From contig WARV01000008.1 in assembly GCA_013387205.1 (NCBI GenBank), forward strand, positions 136-64,135: a stretch of DNA of 64,000 bases, read 5' to 3'. Both the position numbers and the translations under genes were made by a program. This stretch comes from Patescibacteria group bacterium (GTDB lineage Bacteria > Patescibacteriota > Doudnabacteria > UBA920). Positions 1 through 8,811 of this stretch are shown here, one piece after another. Under the pieces are notes generated by a model. The model was not told the origin of the DNA. It searched no databases and saw only the letters and a program-made list of their open reading frames with translations. Positions within the stretch are counted from its first letter, which is position 1, and each line of letters opens with the position of its first letter.

Positions 1-1437
1 GGCGATAATATCGTACTGATAAGCTCTGATATCCAAGGGATCTTTGGTGTTTAAAGCCTCGAGTCCGCCTTGCGGCATGGAAAACGGGTTGTGCATGAAG
101 TCTATCTTCTTTTCCTTATCGTTATATTCATACATCGGGAAATCGGTAATCCAGGCCCAGGCAATAACATTCGGATCTTTTAATCCAAACGTATCACCAA
201 GCTGGTTGCGCAATTTGCCCAAAACTTTATTGACCAAATCTTTGCTGTCAGCGCCAAAGAAAATAATGTCGCCTTTATCAGCTTTGGTTTTGGTGATTAT
301 GGCCTTGGTTTCATCTTCGCTTAAGAATTTTAAGATAGGCGAGCGCATGCCGCCTTCATCCAAAACAATGTAAGCCAGCCCGCCGGCGCCTTCTTTTCTG
401 ACCATTTCGGTCAATTCGTCAATTTGGCTGCGGGTCAACTTGGCGCCGCCCTGGCAGCAAATGGCTTTTATTACACCACCGTTTTTTATCGCGTTTCCAA
501 AAACCGAGAATTGGGTATTCTTTAGATCTTCGGTTAAATTTGCCATTTCCATGCTAAACCTTAAATCCGGCCTGTCAGAACCGTATTTGTCCATGGCTTC
601 CAAGAAAGGCAAGCGGGGGAATGGCTTTTGCAAAACTTTTTTGCCGGCAAATTCTTCGGTCAGTTTAACGAACAAAGGCTCCATGACAGTAAACACGTCT
701 TCGTCTTTTTGGGCGAAGGCGATTTCCAAATCCAATTGGTAAAATTCTCCCGGGCTTCTGTCTGCGCGCGGGTCTTCGTCCCTAAAGCATGGAGCAACTT
801 GATAGTATCTGGGCACGCCACCGACCATAAGCAGCTGTTTGAATTGCTGCGGAGCCTGCGGCAGCGCGTAAAATTTTCCAGGATGCAAACGGGACGGTAC
901 CAAAAAGTCGCGCGCGCCTTCGGGCGAAGACGAAGTCAAAATTGGAGTGGTAATTTCTATAAAACCGTGCTCGTCCATGTATTCTCGAATCATCTTTATC
1001 ATTTCGTGGCGCTTTTTGAGCATGTTTTGCATTTTGTCACGGCGCAAATCCAAAAAGCGGAACTTTAAGCGCAAGTCCTCATTGACGTTTTCGTCAGCGT
1101 AAGCGATTTGGAACGGTAATGGTTTGGAAGAGTTCAGCAGGGTGATATCAGTAGTCAAAATTTCCACTGTTCCGGTCGGTAAGTTTGGATTTACGGTTTC
1201 TTTTGACCTTTCAACAACCTGGCCAGCGGCTTTTATCACGAATTCATCGCGGCACTTGTCAGCCGCAGCAAAAGCTTCCTTGTTTTCCGGGTGGATTGCC
1301 AGCTGGATTAGCCCTGTATGGTCCCTTAAATCAATAAAAATAACTCCTCCGTGGTCACGGCGGGAGTTGACCCATCCTTCTACAGTTATGGTTTGTCCAG
1401 TAAGTTTTGGCGTTTCTAAAGCTAGAGTTCGTTGCAT
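1..1437 (-). CDS. aspS: Aspartate--tRNA ligase (5' part; runs off the window start)
   Basis: Not in the ORF track. Minus strand from ATG at 1437 reads MQRTLALETPKLTGQTITVEGWVNSRRDHGGVIFIDLRD..., later PEGARDFLVPSR and LPQAPQQFKQLLMVGG, CFRDED, typical of bacterial AspRS. Confidence 0.95.
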   Translation of the reverse strand, partial: MQRTLALETPKLTGQTITVEGWVNSRRDHGGVIFIDLRDHTGLIQLAIHPENKEAFAAADKCRDEFVIKAAGQVVERSKETVNPNLPTGTVEILTTDITLLNSSKPLPFQIAYADENVNEDLRLKFRFLDLRRDKMQNMLKKRHEMIKMIREYMDEHGFIEITTPILTSSSPEGARDFLVPSRLHPGKFYALPQAPQQFKQLLMVGGVPRYYQVAPCFRDEDPRADRSPGEFYQLDLEIAFAQKDEDVFTVMEPLFVKLTEEFAGKKVLQKPFPRLPFLEAMDKYGSDRPDLRFSMEMANLTEDLKNTQFSVFGNAIKNGGVIKAICCQGGAKLTRSQIDELTEMVRKEGAGGLAYIVLDEGGMRSPILKFLSEDETKAIITKTKADKGDIIFFGADSKDLVNKVLGKLRNQLGDTFGLKDPNVIAWAWITDFPMYEYNDKEKKIDFMHNPFSMPQGGLEALNTKDPLDIRAYQYDIIA

Positions 1438-1564
1438 ATATTTTTGCCGTATGCCTATCTAAAAAGCTTTGAAGATAGGTTTAACCGATAAACAGTCGGC
1501 ACGGCGAAGAGTTAAGAATTTACATACATTTTACCAGATTTTTTTGGTTTTGCCAAATTTTTAT

Positions 1565-1593
1565 TGCAAGTTTGTTAAGAGTGATATATGCTT
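1565..1593 (+). promoter_or_regulatory. Putative sigma70 promoter for the candidate ncRNA
   Basis: TTGCAA-N17-TATGCT. Confidence 0.5.
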
Positions 1594-1599
1594 TAGGTA

Positions 1600-1974
1600 A
1601 GCGAATTTCGCGAAATATACAAAAGGGAGGAAGTTCTATTAAGAAAACCATTTAAAAAAATACACTGCGTCGGGAAATCGCATCTGAGCGATAAGCCGTT
1701 TGCTTACGGCGTAAGCAGGATGGGGTTGGAGTAACGGTCTCCTGATGGTTGATTTTTTAGGTAGGCGAGCCAAAAGATATTAGCCATTCAGGGTCCTTGT
1801 GTCTGCCCGAAGGCCAGACAGGGAAACCTTTCAATCGTTGCATGACAATATCGCTAAGGCGCAAGCCTTACCCATCCAGTAATGCATTAATGGGCAAAAG
1901 GGAGTAGTGGCGAGCGAAACCTTAAAGCTTTAGGCGCCCCCTGTTTGATACTGGCAGACAGGGGTTTTTCTTTT
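1600..1974 (+). ncRNA. Candidate large structured ncRNA of unknown family
   Basis: GC-richer ORF-free island with many stems (1695-1710, 1728-1742, 1745-1787, 1800-1820, TAAGGC-GCAA-GCCTTA 1855-1870), crossing long-range pairings, upstream promoter and downstream terminator. Confidence 0.6.
1938..1974 (+). terminator. Intrinsic terminator
   Basis: CCCCTGTTTG...CAGACAGGGG followed by TTTTTCTTTT. Confidence 0.75.
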
Positions 1975-2047
1975 GGGTTTTGCGAATGGAATGGCTCAAC
2001 CGTCGGTTGAGGTGTTCAGATGTCTATGTTTATTGGGTATTTTAATA

Positions 2048-2154
2048 TAATCCAAATTTACAGATATTATCCGAATCTACAGATATCTACAGATGTTTAC
2101 TAAGTGAATTTGTAGTTATCTGTATATCTGGATAATATCTGTAAATTTGGATTT
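2048..2154. repeat. Long imperfect palindrome with ~9-nt periodic arms (TACAGATAT-type)
   Basis: ATCCAAATTTACAGATATTATCC...GGATAATATCTGTAAATTTGGAT. Confidence 0.85.
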
Positions 2155-2221
2155 ATTTTGTCATTTTACCCAAAAACTTTTATAATTAACCTGAATCATT
2201 AAACAAAAATTTACATAATAC

Positions 2222-2806
2222 ATGGCTAATCTGAAAAAAATAGTTTTGGACTTAGAGACGCAAAAAGAATTCGCGGAGGTCGGGGGGCGGGGAAAAAACC
2301 ATTTGCTCAAAGTTTCCGTGTGCTGCATTTACGATTATTCGACAGGGAAGTATTCATCTTACGAAGAAGCGGAATTGCCAAAGCTGGCGCCGATCTTGCA
2401 AACCGCTGACCAGATAATAGGCTATAATATAAAAGATTTTGACTTCCAGGTTATCCAGCCATATTTGAATTTTGACATAAGCCAGGTGCCTTATTTGGAC
2501 TTGCTGGAAGAAATTGAAAAAACTTTGGGACACAGGATAAAACTAGAAGATGTCGCCCAGGCGACTTTAGGGACAGGCAAGTCAGGTTCTGGAAAAGAAG
2601 CATTGCTCTATTTTAAAAACGGGCGCATGGATTTGCTGAAAAAATATTGTCTGGATGACGTGAGAATAACCAAACAAGTTTACGAATACGGGCTTAAAAA
2701 CCAAAAATTGCTGTTCCGCGACTTCTTTAAAATGAAAGAAGTGACGGTAAAAATATCAGAGCCTGTTCCCAGGACCGGAGTAAAACATCAAGCAGCTTTA
2801 TTTTAG
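2222..2806 (+). CDS. RNase H-like / DEDD 3'-5' exonuclease (YprB/RNase_H_2-like)
   Basis: Exo motifs VLDLETQ, GYNIKDFD and YCLDDV. Confidence 0.8.
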   Translation: MANLKKIVLDLETQKEFAEVGGRGKNHLLKVSVCCIYDYSTGKYSSYEEAELPKLAPILQTADQIIGYNIKDFDFQVIQPYLNFDISQVPYLDLLEEIEKTLGHRIKLEDVAQATLGTGKSGSGKEALLYFKNGRMDLLKKYCLDDVRITKQVYEYGLKNQKLLFRDFFKMKEVTVKISEPVPRTGVKHQAALF

Positions 2807-2820
2807 CCTTGGCTAAAATA

Positions 2821-3031
2821 AATTGACCTAATTGCTCTAAATTATTATTAACTCATCCTGTCCTTCTCTTTAGCAAAGAGAAGGAACCAGCTTAGCAAGG
2901 CTATAATCTTTCTTAGCATGTTCTCCCTCTTTATCATGGAGACAGAGGGAGTTAGTATTAGAAATTAGAAATTGGGAATTGTTTAGTCCGCCAGCTGGCG
3001 GAAATTAGGTCAATTAGGTTAATTAGAAATT
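2821..3031. repeat. Nested repeat: family A periodic IR (AATTGACCT/AATTAGGTC) containing a double-hairpin element (2849-2956) and a TCCGCCAGCTGGCGGA micro-hairpin (2987-3002)
   Basis: Arms recur at 13437, 26344, 30005 and 37548; the inner element recurs inverted at 30027-30154. Confidence 0.85.
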
Positions 3032-3039
3032 CGCAGCCT

Positions 3040-3918
3040 ATGAAAAATAATCAGCAGATAATAATTGTTCTAGTGTTTTCTATTCTTTTGGCATTATTTC
3101 TGTCATCAGTCTTTTCAGGTAGAGTAATCCTTCCTCAATATTTTAGTTTGGGCCCTGTTACAATCAGGTATTATGGGATAACAATAGTGGTCGCTATTTT
3201 AGCGGCTTATTATTTGGCGATGAAACGCAGAATGGTTTACGGAATTGAAAATAAGGATGCGGAAAATATAATTTTTTGGACAATTATCGGGGGATTTCTC
3301 GGCGCGCGGGTGTATCACGTGTTTTCCAGTTTTGGTTTTTATTTACATCATCCTTTGCAAATTCTACAGGTCTGGAAAGGCGGCCTTTCAATTTACGGCG
3401 CTTTAATCGGCGGCGTAACCTCGATAATTATTTGCCATGAAATCTTAAATCTTAAATCTAAAATCTTAAATCTTTTTGACTGGCTCGCGCCATCCCTTCT
3501 ACTCGGCCAGATTATCGGCAGATTCGGTAATATGTTTAATTACGAAGCGTTCGGTTATCCAACGAATTTGCCTTGGAAAATGTTCGTGCCAATAGGCTTC
3601 AGACCGGAAAATTTATCTCAAAGCAACTATTTTCATCCTCTCTTTTTATACGAAGCTCTTGGTAATGCCATAATTTTGTTTTTCTTATTGAGATACGAAA
3701 AAAAGATGGGCCAAAGCGGTTACTTAGGGGCAAGGCCGGGACGGCTTTTCTTTATATATCTTTTATTGTATAATATATTAAGGTTTTGCCTGGAATTTTT
3801 AAGAGTGGACAGCACTTTTATTGGCATGTTCAGGTTGAATTCCATCACAAGCTTTGTTTTAGTATTAATATCTTTAGGCTTTTTACTTTTTAACCGACGC
3901 GATGCAAAAATATCATAA
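3040..3918 (+). CDS. lgt: Prolipoprotein diacylglyceryl transferase
   Basis: IRYYG, GARVYHV, GGLSIYGALIGG, GRFGNMFNYEAFG, HPLFLYE, RFCLEFLR. Confidence 0.95.
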   Translation: MKNNQQIIIVLVFSILLALFLSSVFSGRVILPQYFSLGPVTIRYYGITIVVAILAAYYLAMKRRMVYGIENKDAENIIFWTIIGGFLGARVYHVFSSFGFYLHHPLQILQVWKGGLSIYGALIGGVTSIIICHEILNLKSKILNLFDWLAPSLLLGQIIGRFGNMFNYEAFGYPTNLPWKMFVPIGFRPENLSQSNYFHPLFLYEALGNAIILFFLLRYEKKMGQSGYLGARPGRLFFIYLLLYNILRFCLEFLRVDSTFIGMFRLNSITSFVLVLISLGFLLFNRRDAKIS

Positions 3919-4660
3919 TGTAATATCATTGGTAATCGGGATAGCTTTTTTGGTGCTGTTGCGCGAATTTTCCAATCCTGACCCGATTTTCAGAATTTTA
4001 GTTCCGGTCTTTTTGGTTTATCTTATCTTAGTGCTGCTATATAATTATTGGTATTTAAAAACCATACAAAAGTATAATTTTTGGATGCTTATTAAGCTGC
4101 TGATGCTGCTGATTAGCGGGTTCGGGATTTTTTTGGTCATGCCGACGGTGGGCTTAAGAAGCCTTTTTTTAGTAGCCAGTGTTTTCGTCGTTGCCTTGTT
4201 TGAATATGCCATTGGCAATTATTCGGAAAACGTGCAGATAAACGAAACAATACTCACGGCTTTCGGTATGTTTGTCGCTATCTTAGGCGCGGCTCTTTAT
4301 ATTCCGCCGTTTTTCAAGCCCTATGTAAATTTGCTATACTTGTCAGGGATTTTCTTGTCTTCGACAATAATTTCCAGGACATTTTTTGAATTCATCCCCC
4401 AGCCGGGCAAGATAAAAACAGCAGCCTCCGTCACCATGGGCCTTTACACCACCGAAGTTTTTTGGGCTTTAAGTTTCCTGCCTTTCCATTATTCCGCCCT
4501 GGCCCTGCTTTTGTTCGTGGTGTTTTATTTGTGTTTAATGCTTAATTATTATTATTTTTTCCAGACACTAAGCTTTAAAAAATTCCAGTTCCATTTGATT
4601 TTGGCATTGGTTTGCGTAAGCCTGGTAATGGTTTCAACTCCCTGGAAGATTGCAGCTTAA
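3902..4660 (+). CDS. Multi-pass membrane protein (DUF5656-like)
   Basis: About 8 hydrophobic segments; EVFWALSFLPF motif; overlaps the lgt stop. Confidence 0.7.
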   Translation: MQKYHNVISLVIGIAFLVLLREFSNPDPIFRILVPVFLVYLILVLLYNYWYLKTIQKYNFWMLIKLLMLLISGFGIFLVMPTVGLRSLFLVASVFVVALFEYAIGNYSENVQINETILTAFGMFVAILGAALYIPPFFKPYVNLLYLSGIFLSSTIISRTFFEFIPQPGKIKTAASVTMGLYTTEVFWALSFLPFHYSALALLLFVVFYLCLMLNYYYFFQTLSFKKFQFHLILALVCVSLVMVSTPWKIAA

Positions 4661-4682
4661 AATTTAACAATATTTTGATCTT

Positions 4683-5753
4683 ATGACAAAAAGTTCTTTG
4701 GCAAAAATTATTCTGCTTTGTGTAGTTTTATCTCTTTTAATGAACGTGTTTTTTGGCAGGTTCCTGGCGGCAAAAATTTCAACACTGCCGGCATTAAACC
4801 GCTTAAAGCTCATAAGCCCGCAAGCGCCCATAGTCATCAATACCCGGCAGGAGGTTAGGATTAGCGATACCGGCGACGCCATCCAGACAATTGATTCCAC
4901 CAAATCCAAACTGAGTCTGGTAATGGAGCAAAACGGCAACCAGCTAAGCCAGGTTGGAGCGGCGGTTAACTTAACCGGCGACGGATTGTTTTTGACAACA
5001 AAAACCGTTCTCGGCTCCATAAAGCCTGAGAATCTTTTAGTTAAACTGGAAGACGGCACCACAGGTGCTGTTAAAAATATCGCCTTGGATCCGGCAAGTA
5101 ATTTGGCGATTATAAAAACCGATTTGAAAAATGTCCAAGTGGCAAACATCGGGGATTCTAAAAGCCTGGTTACCGGGCAAAAAATAATATTTATAATAAA
5201 TTCTGTTTTGGACCGATCTGTGCAGTTTCAAAACAGTTTCGTCACCACAAGGCAGAATGAGTCAGGTTTTTTGCAGCAGTTGTCAGACTTTCCGGCCAGG
5301 GCTTTTGCCGCGCAGGCCGTGGGACAGTTGTCTAACGGTGAAGCCGTGGCTAATATGGACGGGCAGGTTGTAGGCATTTGGGATGGATCGAAAATAATTT
5401 CCAGCGATGTTGCCAAGGCCTTCGTCAGCAAGTATTTGGGCAATAAAGGCATTGTCCAAAGGCCGGCGTTCGGCTTTAAATATAAGACGCTCTTTCCTAT
5501 TGAAGCGAAAACTTTAAACCTTGCCCAGGGCGCGTATGTTTATGAAGCGGCCGCCGGGTCGGCATCGCAAAAGGCCGGCCTGCTTGCAGGGGATGTGATA
5601 GTTTCTGTTGATAATTCCAAAATTGACGAAAGCAACCAATTGGAAGAAATTTTACAAAATTACAAGCCCGGCGATAAGGCGGTATTCAACGTCGTTAGGG
5701 ATAATAAAAACATTAGCCTGACAATTGCCCCGGGAGTGCTCGCTACAAAATAA
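4683..5753 (+). CDS. HtrA/DegP-like trypsin-fold + PDZ protein with degenerate catalytic residues
   Basis: N-terminal TM, DGLFLT, DPASNLAIIK, C-terminal PDZ (GSASQKAGLLAGDVI). Confidence 0.8.
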   Translation: MTKSSLAKIILLCVVLSLLMNVFFGRFLAAKISTLPALNRLKLISPQAPIVINTRQEVRISDTGDAIQTIDSTKSKLSLVMEQNGNQLSQVGAAVNLTGDGLFLTTKTVLGSIKPENLLVKLEDGTTGAVKNIALDPASNLAIIKTDLKNVQVANIGDSKSLVTGQKIIFIINSVLDRSVQFQNSFVTTRQNESGFLQQLSDFPARAFAAQAVGQLSNGEAVANMDGQVVGIWDGSKIISSDVAKAFVSKYLGNKGIVQRPAFGFKYKTLFPIEAKTLNLAQGAYVYEAAAGSASQKAGLLAGDVIVSVDNSKIDESNQLEEILQNYKPGDKAVFNVVRDNKNISLTIAPGVLATK

Positions 5754-5770
5754 TCATTAAAACCAAAAAT

Positions 5771-6220
5771 ATGATTCAAGGGGTAGAAATTAAGCAGCTG
5801 AAAACTCATTTGACCGAAGACGGGTATTTTAGGGAAATTTTGCGCGACAGCGACGGAATGCTCGAAAAATTCGGGCAGTCGTCAATGTCTTTGGCCCATC
5901 CAGGGTTTATTAAAGCTTTTCACTGGCACAAAAAGCAGGATGATTTATGGTTGATTGTCTCCGGACAGGTCAGGACAGTTTTATATGATACCAGGCAGGA
6001 CAGCAAGACCTTCAAGCAAACGCAGGTAATTATTATGGGCGAAGACGATCCGAAACTCGTGCTAATCCCCAAAGGCGTAGCACATGGCTACCAGGTTTTG
6101 GGCAACAAGCCGGCGGTGTTGTTTTATCACACCACCGAGCATTATGACCCGGAAGACGAATGCAGGATTGGTTTTGACGATAAGGAAATTAATTTCGATT
6201 GGTCAATTAAAAACGGATAA
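5771..6220 (+). CDS. rfbC: dTDP-4-dehydrorhamnose 3,5-epimerase family (RmlC/SpsL cupin)
   Basis: DGYFRE, KAFHWH, IPKGVAHG; rml cluster context. Confidence 0.85.
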   Translation: MIQGVEIKQLKTHLTEDGYFREILRDSDGMLEKFGQSSMSLAHPGFIKAFHWHKKQDDLWLIVSGQVRTVLYDTRQDSKTFKQTQVIIMGEDDPKLVLIPKGVAHGYQVLGNKPAVLFYHTTEHYDPEDECRIGFDDKEINFDWSIKNG

Positions 6221-6226
6221 AAATTT

Positions 6227-6769
6227 ATGGATAAAGAAGATTGGAAAGTATTATCGAGCACAAAAGCTCATGAGAATCCTTGGTTTGCCGTTATTGATGA
6301 CGAAATTATCCATTACAGCGGATATAAAAAACATTACTTTACTGTAGAAACTAAACCTGGAGTCTTTGCAATTCCTTTTGACGGCGAGAAAATTTTAATG
6401 GTCAGCCAATACCGCCATCCGCTGCGGCAAAGGATTTGGAGTTTTCCGGCAGGCAGTTGCGAAACGGATGATATTTTGGGAAATGCCAAAAAGGAATTGA
6501 AAGAAGAAACGGGTTATTCAGCAGGCAAATGGACGCTGATTGCAAATTTTGCCAGCAATACATCTTTGAATAACGCCGACTTGTCAGTTTATCTGGCGGA
6601 AGATTTGTCGGAAGGCCAGCACCAGCGCGAAGGAGGGGAAGTTGACATGACAATGGAGTTTAAAACTATAGATGAAATAGAAAATATGCTGCACGGAGAC
6701 GGGCTTGTAGGAAGCGATACGGTTGCCGCTTTTTATTATTTGAAAAAACATCTAAAGAATAGAAAATGA
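6227..6769 (+). CDS. NUDIX hydrolase (ADP-ribose pyrophosphatase-like)
   Basis: QYRHP; Nudix box PAG...AKKELKEETG. Confidence 0.9.
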   Translation: MDKEDWKVLSSTKAHENPWFAVIDDEIIHYSGYKKHYFTVETKPGVFAIPFDGEKILMVSQYRHPLRQRIWSFPAGSCETDDILGNAKKELKEETGYSAGKWTLIANFASNTSLNNADLSVYLAEDLSEGQHQREGGEVDMTMEFKTIDEIENMLHGDGLVGSDTVAAFYYLKKHLKNRK

Positions 6770-6783
6770 AAATTTTAGATTTA

Positions 6784-6808
6784 TGCAGGGCGGGGCTTGT
6801 CCCGCCCC
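6784..6808. repeat. REP-like hairpin (GTAG/GCAG-GGGCGG type)
   Basis: GCAGGGCGGGGCTTGTCCCGCCC; similar to GTAGGGGCGGATCCCATCCGCCC at 34011. Confidence 0.55.
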
Positions 6809-6863
6809 TCCTTTGACTAGAAAGTTATCGCAATGTGATTATTAAAATTGCAAGTATCAAATC

Positions 6864-7871
6864 ATGAAAATTCTTATTACCGGAGGGGCGGGGTTTATCG
6901 GATCCAACTTTGTCCACTATTGGCTGGAAAAGCATCCGGAAGATAAAATTACTGTTTTGGATAAGCTGACTTATGCCGGCAATTTGGAAAACCTGGAACC
7001 TGTCAAAGATAAAATATCCTTTATAAAAGTTGATATCTGCGACGAAGAAGCAGTCGAAAAAGCAATAAATGGAATTGATACCATTGTCCATTTTGCTGCA
7101 GAAAGCCATGTTGACCGTTCCATCACCGGGCCGGATGAATTTATCCGTACCAATATTTTGGGCACGCACGTGCTGCTTAAAGCCGCCCTCAAAAATGGGA
7201 TAAAAAAATTCCATCATGTCTCAACCGATGAAGTATTCGGACAGATTCCTTTGGAATCAAACGAGCAGTGGACTGAAACTAGCCCTTATAACCCGCGCAG
7301 TCCTTACGCGGCCAGCAAAGCTGCGAGCGATCATTTGGTCCGAGCTTACTTTACAACATACGGACTTCCAATTACCATCACGAACTGTTCCAATAATTTC
7401 GGGCCTTACCATTTTCCGGAAAAATTCATCCCGCTGGCTATCACTAATATTTTGGAAGGCAAAAAAATTCCTTTATACAAGCCTGGTAACCAGGTGAGGG
7501 ATTGGCTGCATGTTAAAGACCATTGCCGCGCGATAGACTTAGTGTTGCAAGGCGGCAAGGCAGGGGAAACTTATTTGGTCGGCAGCCAGCACAAGGAATA
7601 TACAAACTTAGATGTTGCCAAAATGATCTGCGCGTTTTTGGGAGTGTCGGAAGACATGATGGAATTTGTCGGCGACAGGCCGGGTCATGACGTAAAATAC
7701 GCCATTGACGCATCGAAAATCAAAAACGAGCTTGGCTGGCAGCCAGAATTCGAATTTGAACAATGGCTGAAAGCTACGGTCGACTGGTATAAACAAAACC
7801 AAGTTTGGTGGAAGAGAATCAAGTCCGGAGAATATCAAGAATATTATCAACAGCAATATTCAAAAAAATAA
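6864..7871 (+). CDS. rfbB: dTDP-glucose 4,6-dehydratase
   Basis: TGGAGFIGSN, DKLTYAGN, AAESHVDRSI, STDEV, YAASKA, RPGHD. Confidence 0.97.
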   Translation: MKILITGGAGFIGSNFVHYWLEKHPEDKITVLDKLTYAGNLENLEPVKDKISFIKVDICDEEAVEKAINGIDTIVHFAAESHVDRSITGPDEFIRTNILGTHVLLKAALKNGIKKFHHVSTDEVFGQIPLESNEQWTETSPYNPRSPYAASKAASDHLVRAYFTTYGLPITITNCSNNFGPYHFPEKFIPLAITNILEGKKIPLYKPGNQVRDWLHVKDHCRAIDLVLQGGKAGETYLVGSQHKEYTNLDVAKMICAFLGVSEDMMEFVGDRPGHDVKYAIDASKIKNELGWQPEFEFEQWLKATVDWYKQNQVWWKRIKSGEYQEYYQQQYSKK

Positions 7872-7920
7872 GGGTTACTACGAAAAATGACGGCCGTCAT
7901 TTTTCGTAGTAATAAAAACT

Positions 7921-8763
7921 ATGGAAAATATTTTAGTGCTGGGGGCCAAGGGAATGCTTGGCGGACAATTCGTGAAAATTCTTAAAAATCCTGTCGGATG
8001 GGACAGGGATGATTGCGATGTTACTAAATATGATGAATTGGCAGCTAAAATCCGGAATTTGAACCCTCTACCCTCAGTCATAATAAATTGCGCCGCTTTT
8101 AACGATGTGGACGGTGCGGAAATAAAACCAGATGCCGCTTTTAAGCTTAATAAGGAAGCTGTTGGGAATTTGGCAAAGATTGCATCGAAATTAGATATTA
8201 CGCTCGTGCATTTTTCAACCAACTACGTATTTGACGGCGGCCAGGAAGAATATGCCGAAAATGACGAACCCCGCCCGATTTCCGTTTACGGCGCTTCCAA
8301 AGCAGAAGGGGAAAAAGAGGTAGAAAAGCATGCAAAGAAATTTTATATCATAAGGACATCGGTATTGTTTGGGCCAAAAGGAGAAAGCGAATTAAGCAAA
8401 AAAAGCTTTATTGATTTAATGCTGGCGCTTAAAGATGCCGAGTATGACATTAAGGCGGTGTCAGACGAAACTAACAGCATTACCTACGCGCCGGATTTGG
8501 CTACGGCCGTGGAGAGGATGATTGAAGACAGGTATCCTTACGGAATTTACCATATTACCAACCAGGGCTCCGCAAGCTGGTATAATTTGGCCCAGGAAAT
8601 ATTTTCCATAAAGAAAATTCCTGTTAATGTGGTGCCTGTTTCCTCAGATGAATTCCCAAGGAAAGCCCAAAGGCCAAAAAAAGCGCTTTTGCTGAATACC
8701 AAGTTTCCGCCATTGCGCCCTTGGCAAGAAGCCCTTAAAGAATATTTATCAACTGTCTCATAA
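7921..8763 (+). CDS. rfbD: dTDP-4-dehydrorhamnose reductase
   Basis: GAKGMLG, NCAA, STNYVFDG, YGASK. Confidence 0.95.
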   Translation: MENILVLGAKGMLGGQFVKILKNPVGWDRDDCDVTKYDELAAKIRNLNPLPSVIINCAAFNDVDGAEIKPDAAFKLNKEAVGNLAKIASKLDITLVHFSTNYVFDGGQEEYAENDEPRPISVYGASKAEGEKEVEKHAKKFYIIRTSVLFGPKGESELSKKSFIDLMLALKDAEYDIKAVSDETNSITYAPDLATAVERMIEDRYPYGIYHITNQGSASWYNLAQEIFSIKKIPVNVVPVSSDEFPRKAQRPKKALLLNTKFPPLRPWQEALKEYLSTVS

Positions 8764-8811
8764 GACATATAGGACTTATAGGACAAATATGACTAATAAG
8801 ATTATAAATTT

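Noticed and set aside
44-1462. Four + strand ORFs in the track (44, 440, 628, 1124)
   Set aside because: Antisense shadows of aspS.
1600-1974. Candidate RNA as tmRNA, SRP RNA, group I/II intron or 23S rRNA fragment
   Set aside because: No tRNA-like ends or tag ORF, no SRP domain IV motif, no intron catalytic consensus or host gene; the 23S similarity is limited to a ~17-nt module.
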